A stretch of DNA of 64,000 bases, from positions 271,492 through 335,491 of the forward strand of contig CM074822.1 in the NCBI GenBank assembly GCA_037447605.1, given 5' to 3'. Below are positions 53,137 to 64,000 of the stretch, one piece after another (within the stretch, counting starts at the first letter, position 1; each line of letters opens with the position of its first letter). The notes under the pieces are model-generated. The model was not told where the DNA came from. It searched no databases and was given only the letters and a program-made list of their open reading frames with translations. This stretch comes from Zygnema circumcarinatum SAG 698-1b. Taxonomy: Eukaryota > Plantae > Zygnematophyceae. The position numbers and the translations under genes were made by a program.

Positions 53137-55200
53137 TTTTTTTTTGGGAAAATTCTATTCTCACACCTTTTTTGTCTACGCACAGACCTCTTTTCGCTGG
53201 GCAGGTTTTAAAATAGACAAAAAAGGAACACACCTTTCACACCTTTTTTTTTTCACCTTTTTTTTCACATCTTTTTGGAATCGATACACGCTACCAGTCC
53301 TGAGCGGCCGAGCGCCGTGAGACCTTAATCTGTCGGGCAGATTTTACTCCTTATCATTCATTTTCAGAGAAAAAAATATCTGCCTGCCCGAATCCGTTCG
53401 CAGCGGAAGATCCGTCCGCCACGAGATCGTTCGCGGGTGGCCGTCCTTCACACGTGCAATAATTTTCCGCCGTCGATATTCACGCAGATCGCACCATGGC
53501 AGATCACCGTTCGATCAGCAGCCGGGCTCTGTCCCACGTGTCCCACCCAAGCCGGCTCCAAGGACCGTACAAAAGGCGTACGCCCGCAGCTTCGAGGAAA
53601 GTCAAAAAACGTAATAATTAAAGTTGAGTGCCTGTACCAATCACAGTTTGCCACGTCTAAAAGGAGCACGCGGCAGATGGTGATTGATTCAAGCTCGCAA
53701 TGTAAGGAATTTAGACTTTCCTCGAAGCTGCGACCATACGAATTGTGTACGGTCCTCGAGCCTGCTCGGGTGGGACACGTGGGCGTGTGCCATTCGCTGG
53801 AACCGAGCCCGGCTGCCGATCGAAAGGTGATCTGCCGTGGTGTGATCTGCTCTAGAATCGACGGTGTATAGTTTCTGCTCGTGTGAAGGACGGCCACCCG
53901 CGAACGATCTCGTGGCGGACGGATCTTCTGCTCCGAGTGGATTCGGGCAGGCCGATATTTTTTTCTTTGAAAAAAACAAGAAAGGGTAAAATCTGCCCGA
54001 TGGAGAAAGGTGTGTATCGATTTCAAAAAGGTGGGAAAAAAAAGGTGAAAAAAAAAAGGTGAGAAGGTGTGAAAGGTGTGTTCTTTTTTTGTGCTATTTT
54101 AAAATCTGCCCGGCGAAAAGTGTTAGTGTAAAGTAGTTAGGAACTAGTTGTACACTAAGTTGTTGGTACTAAGTTCTAAGGAGGGGTGTGCTCAAAAGTG
54201 TCCACATTGTACGGAGGGGCGTCTAGGCGACCGTACAAGTCTTTAAGGGGTGTGCATATAGCGCGCGAAGTCTGATTTGGCAAGGCAAGGCATCAGAATG
54301 TCGGTGGAGCCAATCAGTGGTACGATTTGTAAGGCCAGGACCTCGAATGTACGGACATTGGTCGGTGGCGAGGCGCGGCGTGGCGGAGTCAGATGTGACG
54401 TGGCGCGACGCGACAAATCGGGACGTGACGAGGCGCGAATCAGCGCGCGGAGCAGAATTGACGAAGTGCGAAGTCAGCAATGATTCATTTGGAGGACAGT
54501 GGCGAATCGGAAGGCGCCACGTGTCGGGTTAAAGGGAAGGCCTGTACGGCCTAGGTCGGTGGCGCTCGTAGGCTTACGGGGTCCCACATGACGCCAAGTA
54601 ATGAGGAGTCAGATCCTACGGTGGAGGACTCGGATGGAGATAAGGCTGAGGCGGATCTGACGGCATTGATGTGCTGGATCCGTGCAAGCTGAGGAGGATC
54701 CAACGGCGCGAGATTAGGATCGGGATAAGGGTCTTGCAAGGCGTAGCATGTGCGGCCGTGACGTGACAATGTCACTATTGGCGCCATATTGTATTTAAGG
54801 GTTAGATTGTTTGGTAGAAGTTAACCTTCTCGTGACTCACATTGGGGAGTGAGGCTATCTTGCTTAGGGCCAAGGAGATAGTGGGAAGAGTTCAGCTTGT
54901 AGGGGGTGGTTTATTCACGTAGCTTGAGTAGAGGTGCTTGAAGCTTGGCTCTAGTGTTGTCAAGTTGTATTTCATCTTTATCTTAAGGAGTTTTAGGCTG
55001 GTGGCTTTCTCCTTACATTTTCATATTTCCGCTGAGTTGTTCTCTTGCATTTAGTGTGCTTTGTGTGATTGAGCAATTCATTGAAGATGTCGAGTTCTAC
55101 CCAGGGTAGAGGAGAAGTGGCAGCCCCACCAAGAGAGGGCGCTGCAACAACAAAAAGAGGCCTGTGTGTAGACAAAAAAGGTGTGAGAATAGAATTTTCC
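53137..55200. mobile_element. Non-autonomous foldback/MULE-like DNA element (~1.03 kb net) interrupted by a solo LTR
   Basis: Termini GGAAAATTCTATTCTCACACC / GGTGTGAGAATAGAATTTTCC. Inverted arms continue ~400 bp inward (53410-53455 vs 53880-53926). 8-bp flanks TTTTTTTG on both sides (53129-53136 / 55201-55208). Confidence 0.85.
54121..55152 (+). mobile_element. Solo LTR, 1032 bp
   Basis: TGTT...AACA termini, perfect 5-bp TSD AAAAG (54116-54120 / 55153-55157). Removing it restores GCGAAAAGAGG, matching the opposite TIR at 53188-53198. No PBS after it. Confidence 0.9.
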
Positions 55201-55376
55201 TTTTTTTGGGGCGTTATTCTTCATTTCGCAGACGTTTGGCCGTATTTTTTGGCCCGGCGCAGATCCTTATAGCTGTACGGAAGGCGTTAAGGAACTGCCT
55301 GGTTGCAATAACCATAGTTATGCTCGATTTCGCAGCTCGCGAAGAACCGTCGATGAAATGGGCGGANNNNNNNNNN

Positions 55377-56197
55377 TTTTTTTTTGGAGGGAAAAATATC
55401 GGCTTGCCCGAATCTGCTCGGAGCGGAAGATCCGTCCGCCACGAGATCGTTCGCGGGTGTGCGTCTTTCACATGTGCGGTGAATCTCCGCCGTCGATTCT
55501 TTTGCAGATCGCACAACGCAGATCACCGTTCGATCTGCAGTCGGACTCGGTCCCAGCGAATGGCACGTGCCCACGTGTCCCGCCAAAACCGGCTGGCTCG
55601 TTCTAGAGTGCGCGTCCCTTGGCCCGAGATCTCTGCAAAATTATGAGCTGGACCGGCCAGCCGGCTGCGGCTCGCCATTGACAACTAGCAGCCAATCACC
55701 ATCTGCCACGTGTTGTTTTCAATGACGTGGATAATGGTTATTGGTCCAGGCTCTTATGTACGGTATTTCACCTTCCTCAAGCTGTGACCGTACAGATTTT
55801 GTACAGACCCACTGGGCCGGATTTGGCGGGACACGTGGGTCCGTGCCATTCGCTGGGACCAAGCCCGACTGCATCGAACGGTGAATCTGCCGTTGTGCGA
55901 TCTGCAAAACAATCGACGGCGAAGATTCACCGCACATGTGAAAGACGCACACCCGCGAAACGATCTCGTGGGGGACGGATCTTCCGCTCCGAGCGGATTC
56001 GGGCAAGCCGATATTGTTTTCTCTCCAAAATAAAAATCAGGGGTAAAATCTGCCCGACGGAAAAAGGTTTGTATAGATCCCAGAAAGGTGTGAAAAAAGC
56101 ATTTTTTCGTTTTTTATCCTTTATTTTCTTAAATAGAACCTGCCCGGCGACAAAAGGTCTGTGTGTAGACAAAAAAGGTGTGAGAATAGAATTTTCC
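55377..56197. mobile_element. Second foldback element of the same family, left end lost in gap (repeated at 56993-57813)
   Basis: ~210-bp inverted arms (55393-55595 vs 55817-56015) and the same right terminus GGTGTGAGAATAGAATTTTCC at 56177-56197. Confidence 0.8.
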
Positions 56198-58598
56198 TTT
56201 TTTTTTCGGCGTTTCTTCGCTCCAACCGGGTCTCTCCCAGTATCGAGAAAATCGATGCTCTCTCGATAGTTAGGATATCCGATATGTATCGCAATATTTA
56301 CACGAACGCCTGTTACTTTTATCGCGCGCTTGTGCTGCTAATGCGGAGGTGTTGCAAGTTTGGCTCATCAACACCTTCTCGATTAAGTCAATCGATCACA
56401 TGTGAAGCTCAAGCTGCATTTATTGGATCCGGAAATGCTTGCTCCGCTTGTGGAACACCGGATTCCCCATTAGAGCTCAAGGTGAAGTGATCATGTGGTG
56501 AAAGCTTGACTAGGCTTATGGGGGCTTGAGTTGGAAAGCTTGTCATCATAAAGGAGTTTTAGGCTGGGAGCTTTCTCCTACGTTTTTCTATTCCGCCTCT
56601 CGTGTGTTGTGTATGCACGTGAGTGAAAAATGAGTGAGAGTGCTGCGGGCACCAGGAGGGAAGTTTCCATGGACAGTGAAGAGGGAGAAAGGGTGGAAGG
56701 TGAATTTGCTTCTCATCCCTCTGCCCCTCTCACAAGTGGTATCAGAGCTCATGGTGAAGAGGAAACCGGGGCTAGTGTGAAGTTTAATGTCCCTGCATTT
56801 GATGGGACAGACTACAAGGGATGGAAGTGGCGGCTGACTCCCATACTTGAAGGGAAGGGACTTCTTGGTCATGTGACTGGGAAGGTGAAGGCGCCGCCGG
56901 CTACATCCGTGGAGGAGCTTGCAAAGTGGAAGGCCCGTGACAACAAGGCCATCACTCAGATTGCAATGAGTGTGAAGGGGACNNNNNNNNNNTTTTTTTT
57001 TGGAGGGAAAAATATCGGCTTGCCCGAATCTGCTCGGAGCGGAAGATCCGTCCGCCACGAGATCGTTCGCGGGTGTGCGTCTTTCACATGTGCGGTGAAT
57101 CTCCGCCGTCGATTCTTTTGCAGATCGCACAACGCAGATCACCGTTCGATCTGCAGTCGGACTCGGTCCCAGCGAATGGCACGTGCCCACGTGTCCCGCC
57201 AAAACCGGCTGGCTCGTTCTAGAGTGCGCGTCCCTTGGCCCGAGATCTCTGCAAAATTATGAGCTGGACCGGCCAGCCGGCTGCGGCTCGCCATTGACAA
57301 CTAGCAGCCAATCACCATCTGCCACGTGTTGTTTTCAATGACGTGGATAATGGTTATTGGTCCAGGCTCTTATGTACGGTATTTCACCTTCCTCAAGCTG
57401 TGACCGTACAGATTTTGTACAGACCCACTGGGCCGGATTTGGCGGGACACGTGGGTCCGTGCCATTCGCTGGGACCAAGCCCGACTGCATCGAACGGTGA
57501 ATCTGCCGTTGTGCGATCTGCAAAACAATCGACGGCGAAGATTCACCGCACATGTGAAAGACGCACACCCGCGAAACGATCTCGTGGGGGACGGATCTTC
57601 CGCTCCGAGCGGATTCGGGCAAGCCGATATTGTTTTCTCTCCAAAATAAAAATCAGGGGTAAAATCTGCCCGACGGAAAAAGGTTTGTATAGATCCCAGA
57701 AAGGTGTGAAAAAAGCATTTTTTCGTTTTTTATCCTTTATTTTCTTAAATAGAACCTGCCCGGCGACAAAAGGTCTGTGTGTAGACAAAAAAGGTGTGAG
57801 AATAGAATTTTCCTTTTTTTTTCGGCGTTTCTTCGCTCCAACCGGGTCTCTCCCAGTATCGAGAAAATCGATGCTCTCTCGATAGTTAGGATATCCGATA
57901 TGTATCGCAATATTTACACGAACGCCTGTTACTTTTATCGCGCGCTTGTGCTGCTAATGCGGAGGTGTTGCAAGTTTGGCTCATCAACACCTTCTCGATT
58001 AAGTCAATCGATCACATGTGAAGCTCAAGCTGCATTTATTGGATCCGGAAATGCTTGCTCCGCTTGTGGAACACCGGATTCCCCATTAGAGCTCAAGGTG
58101 AAGTGATCATGTGGTGAAAGCTTGACTAGGCTTATGGGGGCTTGAGTTGGAAAGCTTGTCATCATAAAGGAGTTTTAGGCTGGGAGCTTTCTCCTACGTT
58201 TTTCTATTCCGCCTCTCGTGTGTTGTGTATGCACGTGAGTGAAAAATGAGTGAGAGTGCTGCGGGCACCAGGAGGGAAGTTTCCATGGACAGTGAAGAGG
58301 GAGAAAGGGTGGAAGGTGAATTTGCTTCTCATCCCTCTGCCCCTCTCACAAGTGGTATCAGAGCTCATGGTGAAGAGGAAACCGGGGCTAGTGTGAAGTT
58401 TAATGTCCCTGCATTTGATGGGACAGACTACAAGGGATGGAAGTGGCGGCTGACTCCCATACTTGAAGGGAAGGGACTTCTTGGTCATGTGACTGGGAAG
58501 GTGAAGGCGCCGCCGGCTACATCCGTGGAGGAGCTTGCAAAGTGGAAGGCCCGTGACAACAAGGCCATCACTCAGATTGCAATGAGTGTGAAGGGGAC
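55377..58598. repeat. Direct duplication (55377-56982 and 56993-58598) around a 10-N gap; likely assembly artefact
   Basis: Offset 1616 bp, no differences seen, boundaries coincide with gaps 55367-55376 and 56983-56992. Confidence 0.9.
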
Positions 58599-60190
58599 GC
58601 CTTCACACATGCTCTACGACCTCAGCACGTCACACGAGATGTGGAAGTGTTTGGAGGACATGTACGATGCGAAGGACAGCGTCACAGTGGTGCACCTGTA
58701 CACGGAGCTCGGGAAGATGAAGATGAGCTTGGATGAGAAGCTGACTGACTACATGGGGCGCTTTGACAGTCTCATGCAGCGCTTCGTGGTGATGGGCAAG
58801 GGTCTTGAGTCAGATCATAAGATCAGCCAGTTCTTGGTTGGTTTGCCCAGTCGCTTTGACGGCACATGCAGCGCCCTTCGAACAGTTCTTACCACTTCTT
58901 CTTTGACCTTTGAGCAGGTGAAGAAGCGGATTCGTGAAGAGGACGCTCTTCATGACGCATCCGATGCGAGTGAGAGCGTGTTGGCGATGAAGGGGAAGCC
59001 TTTTGGGAAAGGCAAGGCGAAAGGAGGAGGTGGCTGGGAGATCGTCCCAAGGGGACATGCTTCACTTGTGGGAAGCCAGGTCACTACTCCANNNANTGCC
59101 GTTNNGGCNNNNCGGNCCAANTGAAGGGAGGGGACGCCAAGACGAAGTCGAGCAAGAAGGAGTTCACAGGCGCTTGCTTCAAGTGCAAGAAGAAGGGTCA
59201 CAAGAGCATTGATTGCAGAAGTGCTCCTACTGATACAAACCTGATGTTTGCTGAGAAGGAGCATGTGGAGTTTGTGGGGAGAATGTGTGAAGGACAGAAG
59301 CCATGGGCACCATTTGATTGACGTCGGCCTTTATGTGTGCCTGAACTAAGGGGTTGTTCTCTGAGATGAGGGTCGCTCGAGGCCCTCGTTGATTCGGTCG
59401 GCTGACTGGTGAGGAAGTGAAGGTGACCCGGTGAGGCGGCGTGAGGATCGTCTTAGGAGGAGAGTGAAGGGGCAGCTACCATGATTGGTAAGTGCTTTAT
59501 ACCCACGAGGTTTGCACCACAACTTTGGTAATACGTAAGGACAAGTGTGCGGCGAGGGGTTACTCGATCCTGCTGATAAGCGAGTGCGTGGCTAGACATA
59601 AGAAAACTGGGAATGTCTTATTTCAGGGTTACTGCGGGAGGAGAGGGCACAATGCGTGCTACGATTGGGTAGCTTTGAAAGAAGAAGGAAAGTCGATTTT
59701 TGCCCTTATTAAGATAGTCTGAGAAGTGGCATAGGAGGCTTGGGCATGTGAGTTTTCGAGCCATGCGGGAGTTAGCTCAGAAGGGGTTGGTCCGAGGCTT
59801 GGACTTGGAGGGTGCGGTTGATCCACAGAGGATTTGCGAAGACTGCATTAAAGGGAAGATCCATCGTGGGCCATTCGTGAGAAGAGGAGATGGAGAGGGG
59901 CGCGCCAAGGAGCCGTTGGCGCTTGTGCACACAGACTTGTGTGGCCTCATCACCCCAGCGAGCTTGGGAGGAAGTCGATATTTCATCACTTTCCTTGATG
60001 ACTACTCACGAAAGATTTGGGTGGTGCTCTTGACACAGAAGTCTGACGCTTATCCAGCCTTCAGAGCTTGGAAGATGCGTGCAGAGCGGGAGAGCGGCCA
60101 TCTACTCAAGAACCTCCGTTCAGACAATGGAGGAGAATTCAAGAACAAGGTGTTCAGTGAGTATTTGAGAGGCTTGGGAATCAAGCCAAG
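57966..60190 (+). mobile_element. Ty1/copia element, 5' part (LTR, PBS, gag, degraded protease, integrase N-half)
   Basis: LTR ends CACA at 58350 (start TGTTG 57966 tentative), PBS TGGTATCAGAGC 58353-58364. Gag 58246-59040 (PAFDG.DY..WK), zinc knuckles CFTCGKPGH (frameshifted) and CFKCKKKGHKSIDC (59174-59218). WHRRLGH at 59727, CEDC..GK, HTDLCG, FLDDYSR, RSDNGGEF. Integrase truncated near 60185. Confidence 0.92.
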
Positions 60191-60198
60191 CTCAGAGA

Positions 60199-61380
60199 GG
60201 AGTAGTGACCTGGCTTCCCACAAGTGAAGCATGTCCCCTTGGGACGATCTCCGCCACCTCCTCCTTTCGCCTTGCCTTTCCCAAAAGGCTTCCCCTTCAT
60301 CGCCAACACGCTCTCACTCGCATCGGATGCGTCATGAAGAGCGTCCTCTTCACGAATCCGCTTCTTCACCTGCTCAAAGGTCAAAGAAGAAGTGGTAAGA
60401 ACTGTTCGAAGGGCGCTGCATGTGCCGTCAAACCGACTGGACAAACCAACCAAGAACTGGTCGACGGCGATTCACTCAAGACCTTGCCCATCACCACGGC
60501 CGAGACTTCTGTCAAAGTTTCCATGTAGCCACGCTTCTCATCCAAGCTCATCTTCATCTTCCTGAGCTCCGTGTACAGGTGCACCACTGTGACGCTGTCC
60601 TTCGCATCGTACATGTCCTCCAAACACTTCCACATCTCGTGTGACGTGCTGAGGTCGTAGAGCATGTGTGAAGGCGTCCCTTTCACACTCATTGCAATCT
60701 GAGTGATGGCCTTGTTGTCACGGGCCTTCCACTTTGCAAGCTCCTCCACGGATGTAGCCGGCGGCGCCTTCACCTTCCCAGTCACATGACCAAGAAGTCC
60801 CTTCCCTTCAAGTATGGGAGTCAGCCGCCACTTCCATCCCTTGTAGTCTGTCCCATCAAATGCAGGGACATTAAACTTCACACTAGCCCCGGTTTCCTCT
60901 TCACCATGAGCTCGATACCACTTGTGAGAGGGTGTAGGATGAGAAGCAAATTCACCTTCCACCCTTTCTCCTCTTCACTGGCCCATGGAAATCCTCTCCT
61001 CGGTGCCCGCTAAAGACTCACTCATTTTTCACTCACTTTAATACACAACACACGAGGCGGAATAGAAAAACGTAGGAGAAAGCTCCCAGCCTAAAACTCC
61101 TTTATGATGACAAGCTTTCCAACTCAAGCCCCCATAAGCCTAGTCAAGCTTTCACCACATGATCACTTCACCTTCACGTGAGGCAGCTCTCCACACACGG
61201 AGACTCCTCACAAAGGTCCACCTCCTGTTGCCAAAGCCATGCCTTCAATCTGCCATAGCCTTGCAATGCATATCAAGAAGGTTTCTAACTTACACACCCA
61301 CTCTCACTATATAAGATAGTCAGATTGACCATGTCACGCCACACGCGCCGACCATGCATGCAAATAACCTTATTCAAACA
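60199..61380 (-). mobile_element. Second copy of the same copia (LTR + gag to first zinc knuckle), inverted
   Basis: Reverse complement of 58095-59090 with small indels (PBS lacks one A). LTR 3' end at 60924; putative LTR start TGTTTG at 61380 with TATA-like CTTATATAG. Confidence 0.88.
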
Positions 61381-62044
61381 ACCTAAATAAACTACTTCGT
61401 GTCTTGCTATGCATAGTACACCCAGCCTGGCAACGCATCAACACCCACCGCCAACTCCAGATGGGTTAAAATTTCATCACGAGCTGAACTTCCCGCCGCC
61501 ACCCACAAAGACTATCTTCCGTGACGCTAAAGTAGGTTCGGCCGACCTGACCTATCTCACGCTTTTGCCGCCGTGATCAGTCCACGATTCCAGACGCCAG
61601 ACCGATTCCCGGCGCTGCATGTTAGGGGTCCTCATATTTCCACCGTTCCTCGAAAATGGAGGCTAAAATATTAAATTTGCATATATAAGGTTCGTGTTAA
61701 TGGCCAGACGGGCGTATTCGTTAGAGTTCATGTTGAACAAGACGTATCGCATCGTACCTCATATCGCATCAAAGATCGTGATTGTATGATTTAGCATCGC
61801 TTAAGAGATCGTGAACATATCGTGGGCGATATACCGGCCGAGAGTTTAAATGCAGCCCCAGAACGGCTACTACAGCTCAGACGAGGCAATGATACCCAGA
61901 TCCGTGATTTACCTGTGATCGTATTTACCATATCGACAGCATCAAGATCGCAATCGTAATTCAAGAAGACTCCGGGAGAAGAGCTTAGCTCTTACCAAGG
62001 CACCCAGCCAGTATATAGGTGCTTATGTGAAGTCCAGAACGGCT

Positions 62045-62420
62045 AGTACATACAGACAGTACGGACAATACGGACAGTACGAATAGTACGGACAGTACGG
62101 CTAACACAAGTTACCGTACAAAAATGTGGTTTCGGCAAAATTGGGGCGAAAATATTGAGGACGCACTCCTTGGGGTGGTAAATACGAGGACCCCCCACTG
62201 TACCAAATGTCGGACTCCCGGCCGTACTGTCCGTACCGACCGTACGGTCCGTACGGTCCATACTATCTGTACGGTTGCGCGGTCGGTCTCGCCGCCACGC
62301 CCACGCTGAAGTAAGTCCGTCCCCATACATGTCACACCTAGAAGCACACCCCTAGGAACTAAGCGCCAACACAAACATGCTAATCTGAACTAACTATGTA
62401 CACTAATATTCCCCCTCTTT
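62045..62420 (-). mobile_element. PPT plus 5' part of an LTR related to the solo LTR at 54121
   Basis: Minus strand AAAGAGGGGGAA (62420-62409), then TATTAGTGTA..TAGTTAG..TGTTGG.GCTTAGTTCCTAGGGGTGTGCT, similar to 54121-54195. GTACGG-rich repeats further in. Confidence 0.55.
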
Positions 62421-62505
62421 GGCACTTTAGTTCCTGAGAGGCCCCAGCCCAATGAGATCCGAATTAATCCTCAAGGTCTCACCACTGACTGCCTTCGTCA
62501 GCATG

Positions 62506-64000
62506 TGTTGATGTATAGGTACATCAAGGTGTTGGTACTTAGTTCCTCGCATGAATGTTGTCCGGGAGATCATGTGTTGATGTAGGGACAATGTCATGCA
62601 TGAATGGTCATGTTTGTTATAGGACCAAACATGGGGGATGCCCAAATGTTAGGCAATGTACCTGGCGTCTAGGAAGGCTCAGTGGTCGTGAGATTTACGG
62701 CCAGCTGAGTAATCGCATCAGCGGGGTGCGCCGATGCGCATTAATTGGTTCTGAGCGCTGACAGACGGACGGCCACATCGCACGGACGCCGCCGTGAAAT
62801 GTTCGGACGCTGAGGTCTTTGGCGCTGAAAGGCGGATCTGCACTAAGTTTACATGATTGGTCGCGGCCAGAAAGTTGCGACGCGGGCCTACCTTCAAGCG
62901 ACATGACTTCATGATTAGGTATGTACTTTCGGTACCTATTGGTCGGTGCCGAGGCTCAGCGCCGCGAGCTGAAGTGACGTAGCGCGACGCTGCAGACATT
63001 CGTGACAAGGGCGCTGGCATCGAATTGCCGCGCAGTGAATCAGAGTGAGGAGGCCGACAACAGTGTCTTCATGTGGAGGACAAAGGGCTAATCGAAGGCG
63101 CCACGCGTCAGATTCGGGTAAGGCCTCGTAGGGCTCAGGGTCGGTGGCTTACCTAGGGCTGGCCGGGTCCCACATGCAGCCGAAGTTAGTGAGGAGTCGA
63201 TCGCATTCGCGCGTGACGAGATCAGATGAGGCCGAAGTTGATCCGGGACCGCCGAGCCGGATCCGTGTGAGCCAAGGAGGATCCGACGGAGCAACGCATT
63301 AAGATCAGGATAAGTGTCTCTTGCAAGGCGCCGTGAGATGGTGGGTCGTGACATGACGGAGTCACGGACAAAGGTCAGCCATGGTATATGAGGAGCAAGC
63401 TTGGCTCCTACTTACTCACTCACTGAACGTTATGTCGCCAACCTCGTGGTTAGAAGAGTAGGCAGAGGTCGAGCCTTGAGGAGTCCGGCCTTGTGTAGGG
63501 GGTCGTGAAAGAACTGTCTCTCATCATGGTTAACTCTAGTGAAAGAGTTAGAGATGTGTCCCTCTCGTGTTGAGGTAGAGGAGAAGTTCAAGCAAGCATA
63601 TAGTGCTTAGCTATCAAGTAGCTAGTGTAAGTCAGCCATCAAGGATACGGTAGTGTCTATGAGAGGAGAGGAGAATCGGGCATAAGGTTATATGTAGATT
63701 TCCTAAGAGAGCTTGTATTACACCTATGAATGTTAAGGAGTTTTAGGGCCGAGGGCTTTCTCCTTATACTTGTGTCATTTGTCACATGTGAGTCCTTGTG
63801 TTGGATTGGAGTGATGGATGAGTGGAGGCGACCATTGTATGGGCGGTGTGTCGCATCACACGTGGAGACCATTGGAGGAGCGTGGAGTTGAAGGAGCCGA
63901 GACCATGGAGGAGATGAAGAAGTGTTCTTGTAGGTGGCGCGTTTTGTTTTCCGCTGTGCGCACCTGGTGAGGGGAGGAAGAGAAGGCATACTGTGGCGGA
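62506..64000 (+). mobile_element. Long LTR-like sequence, diverged relative of 54121-55152; right end not identified
   Basis: Starts TGTTG. Colinear similarity: TGTTGGTACTTAGTTC, AAGGCGCCACG, GGTCCCACATG, GAGGATCC.ACGG, TCTTGCAAGGCG, and the shared motif at 63737-63763. Confidence 0.6.

Overview
Eukaryotic nuclear DNA from a draft assembly, not prokaryotic. It has spliceosomal GT/GC-AG introns, plant-type genes, tRNA-iMet-primed LTR retroelements, a moss/charophyte-like 5S rRNA and Arabidopsis-type AAACCCTA motifs. This points to a streptophyte, possibly a zygnematophyte alga (taxon is inference only). Eleven protein genes could be reconstructed by hand from splice sites and reading frame: a PC4/KIWI coactivator (partial), mTERF, class II CPD photolyase (middle exons lost in an N gap), two tandem ceQORH quinone oxidoreductases, a giant MFP1-like coiled-coil protein, a plastid DnaJ-type zinc finger protein, a DUF1279 protein, an AlkB-family dioxygenase, RPB11 and SR45a. 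The ends of the window (0.7-9.5 kb and 53-64 kb) are nests of MITEs, foldback elements, solo LTRs and Ty1/copia fragments. Most long ORFs in the supplied track (poly-ER, poly-P, poly-G) are translations of homopurine/homopyrimidine tracts. Most notable: (1) a complete 448-bp TRIM whose LTRs carry a tRNA-like A/B-box module, a possible tRNA analogue of 5S-carrying Cassandra, plus a second related LTR; (2) a convergent pair of 5S rRNA copies embedded in a hyper-palindromic dispersed repeat; (3) a cis-motif shared by several otherwise dissimilar LTRs; (4) an MFP1-like protein with a ~20x EEERRVKA insert. Two ~1.6-1.9 kb duplications flanking 10-N gaps are probably assembly artefacts. All coordinates and counts were read by eye; database matches are from memory, not from searches.
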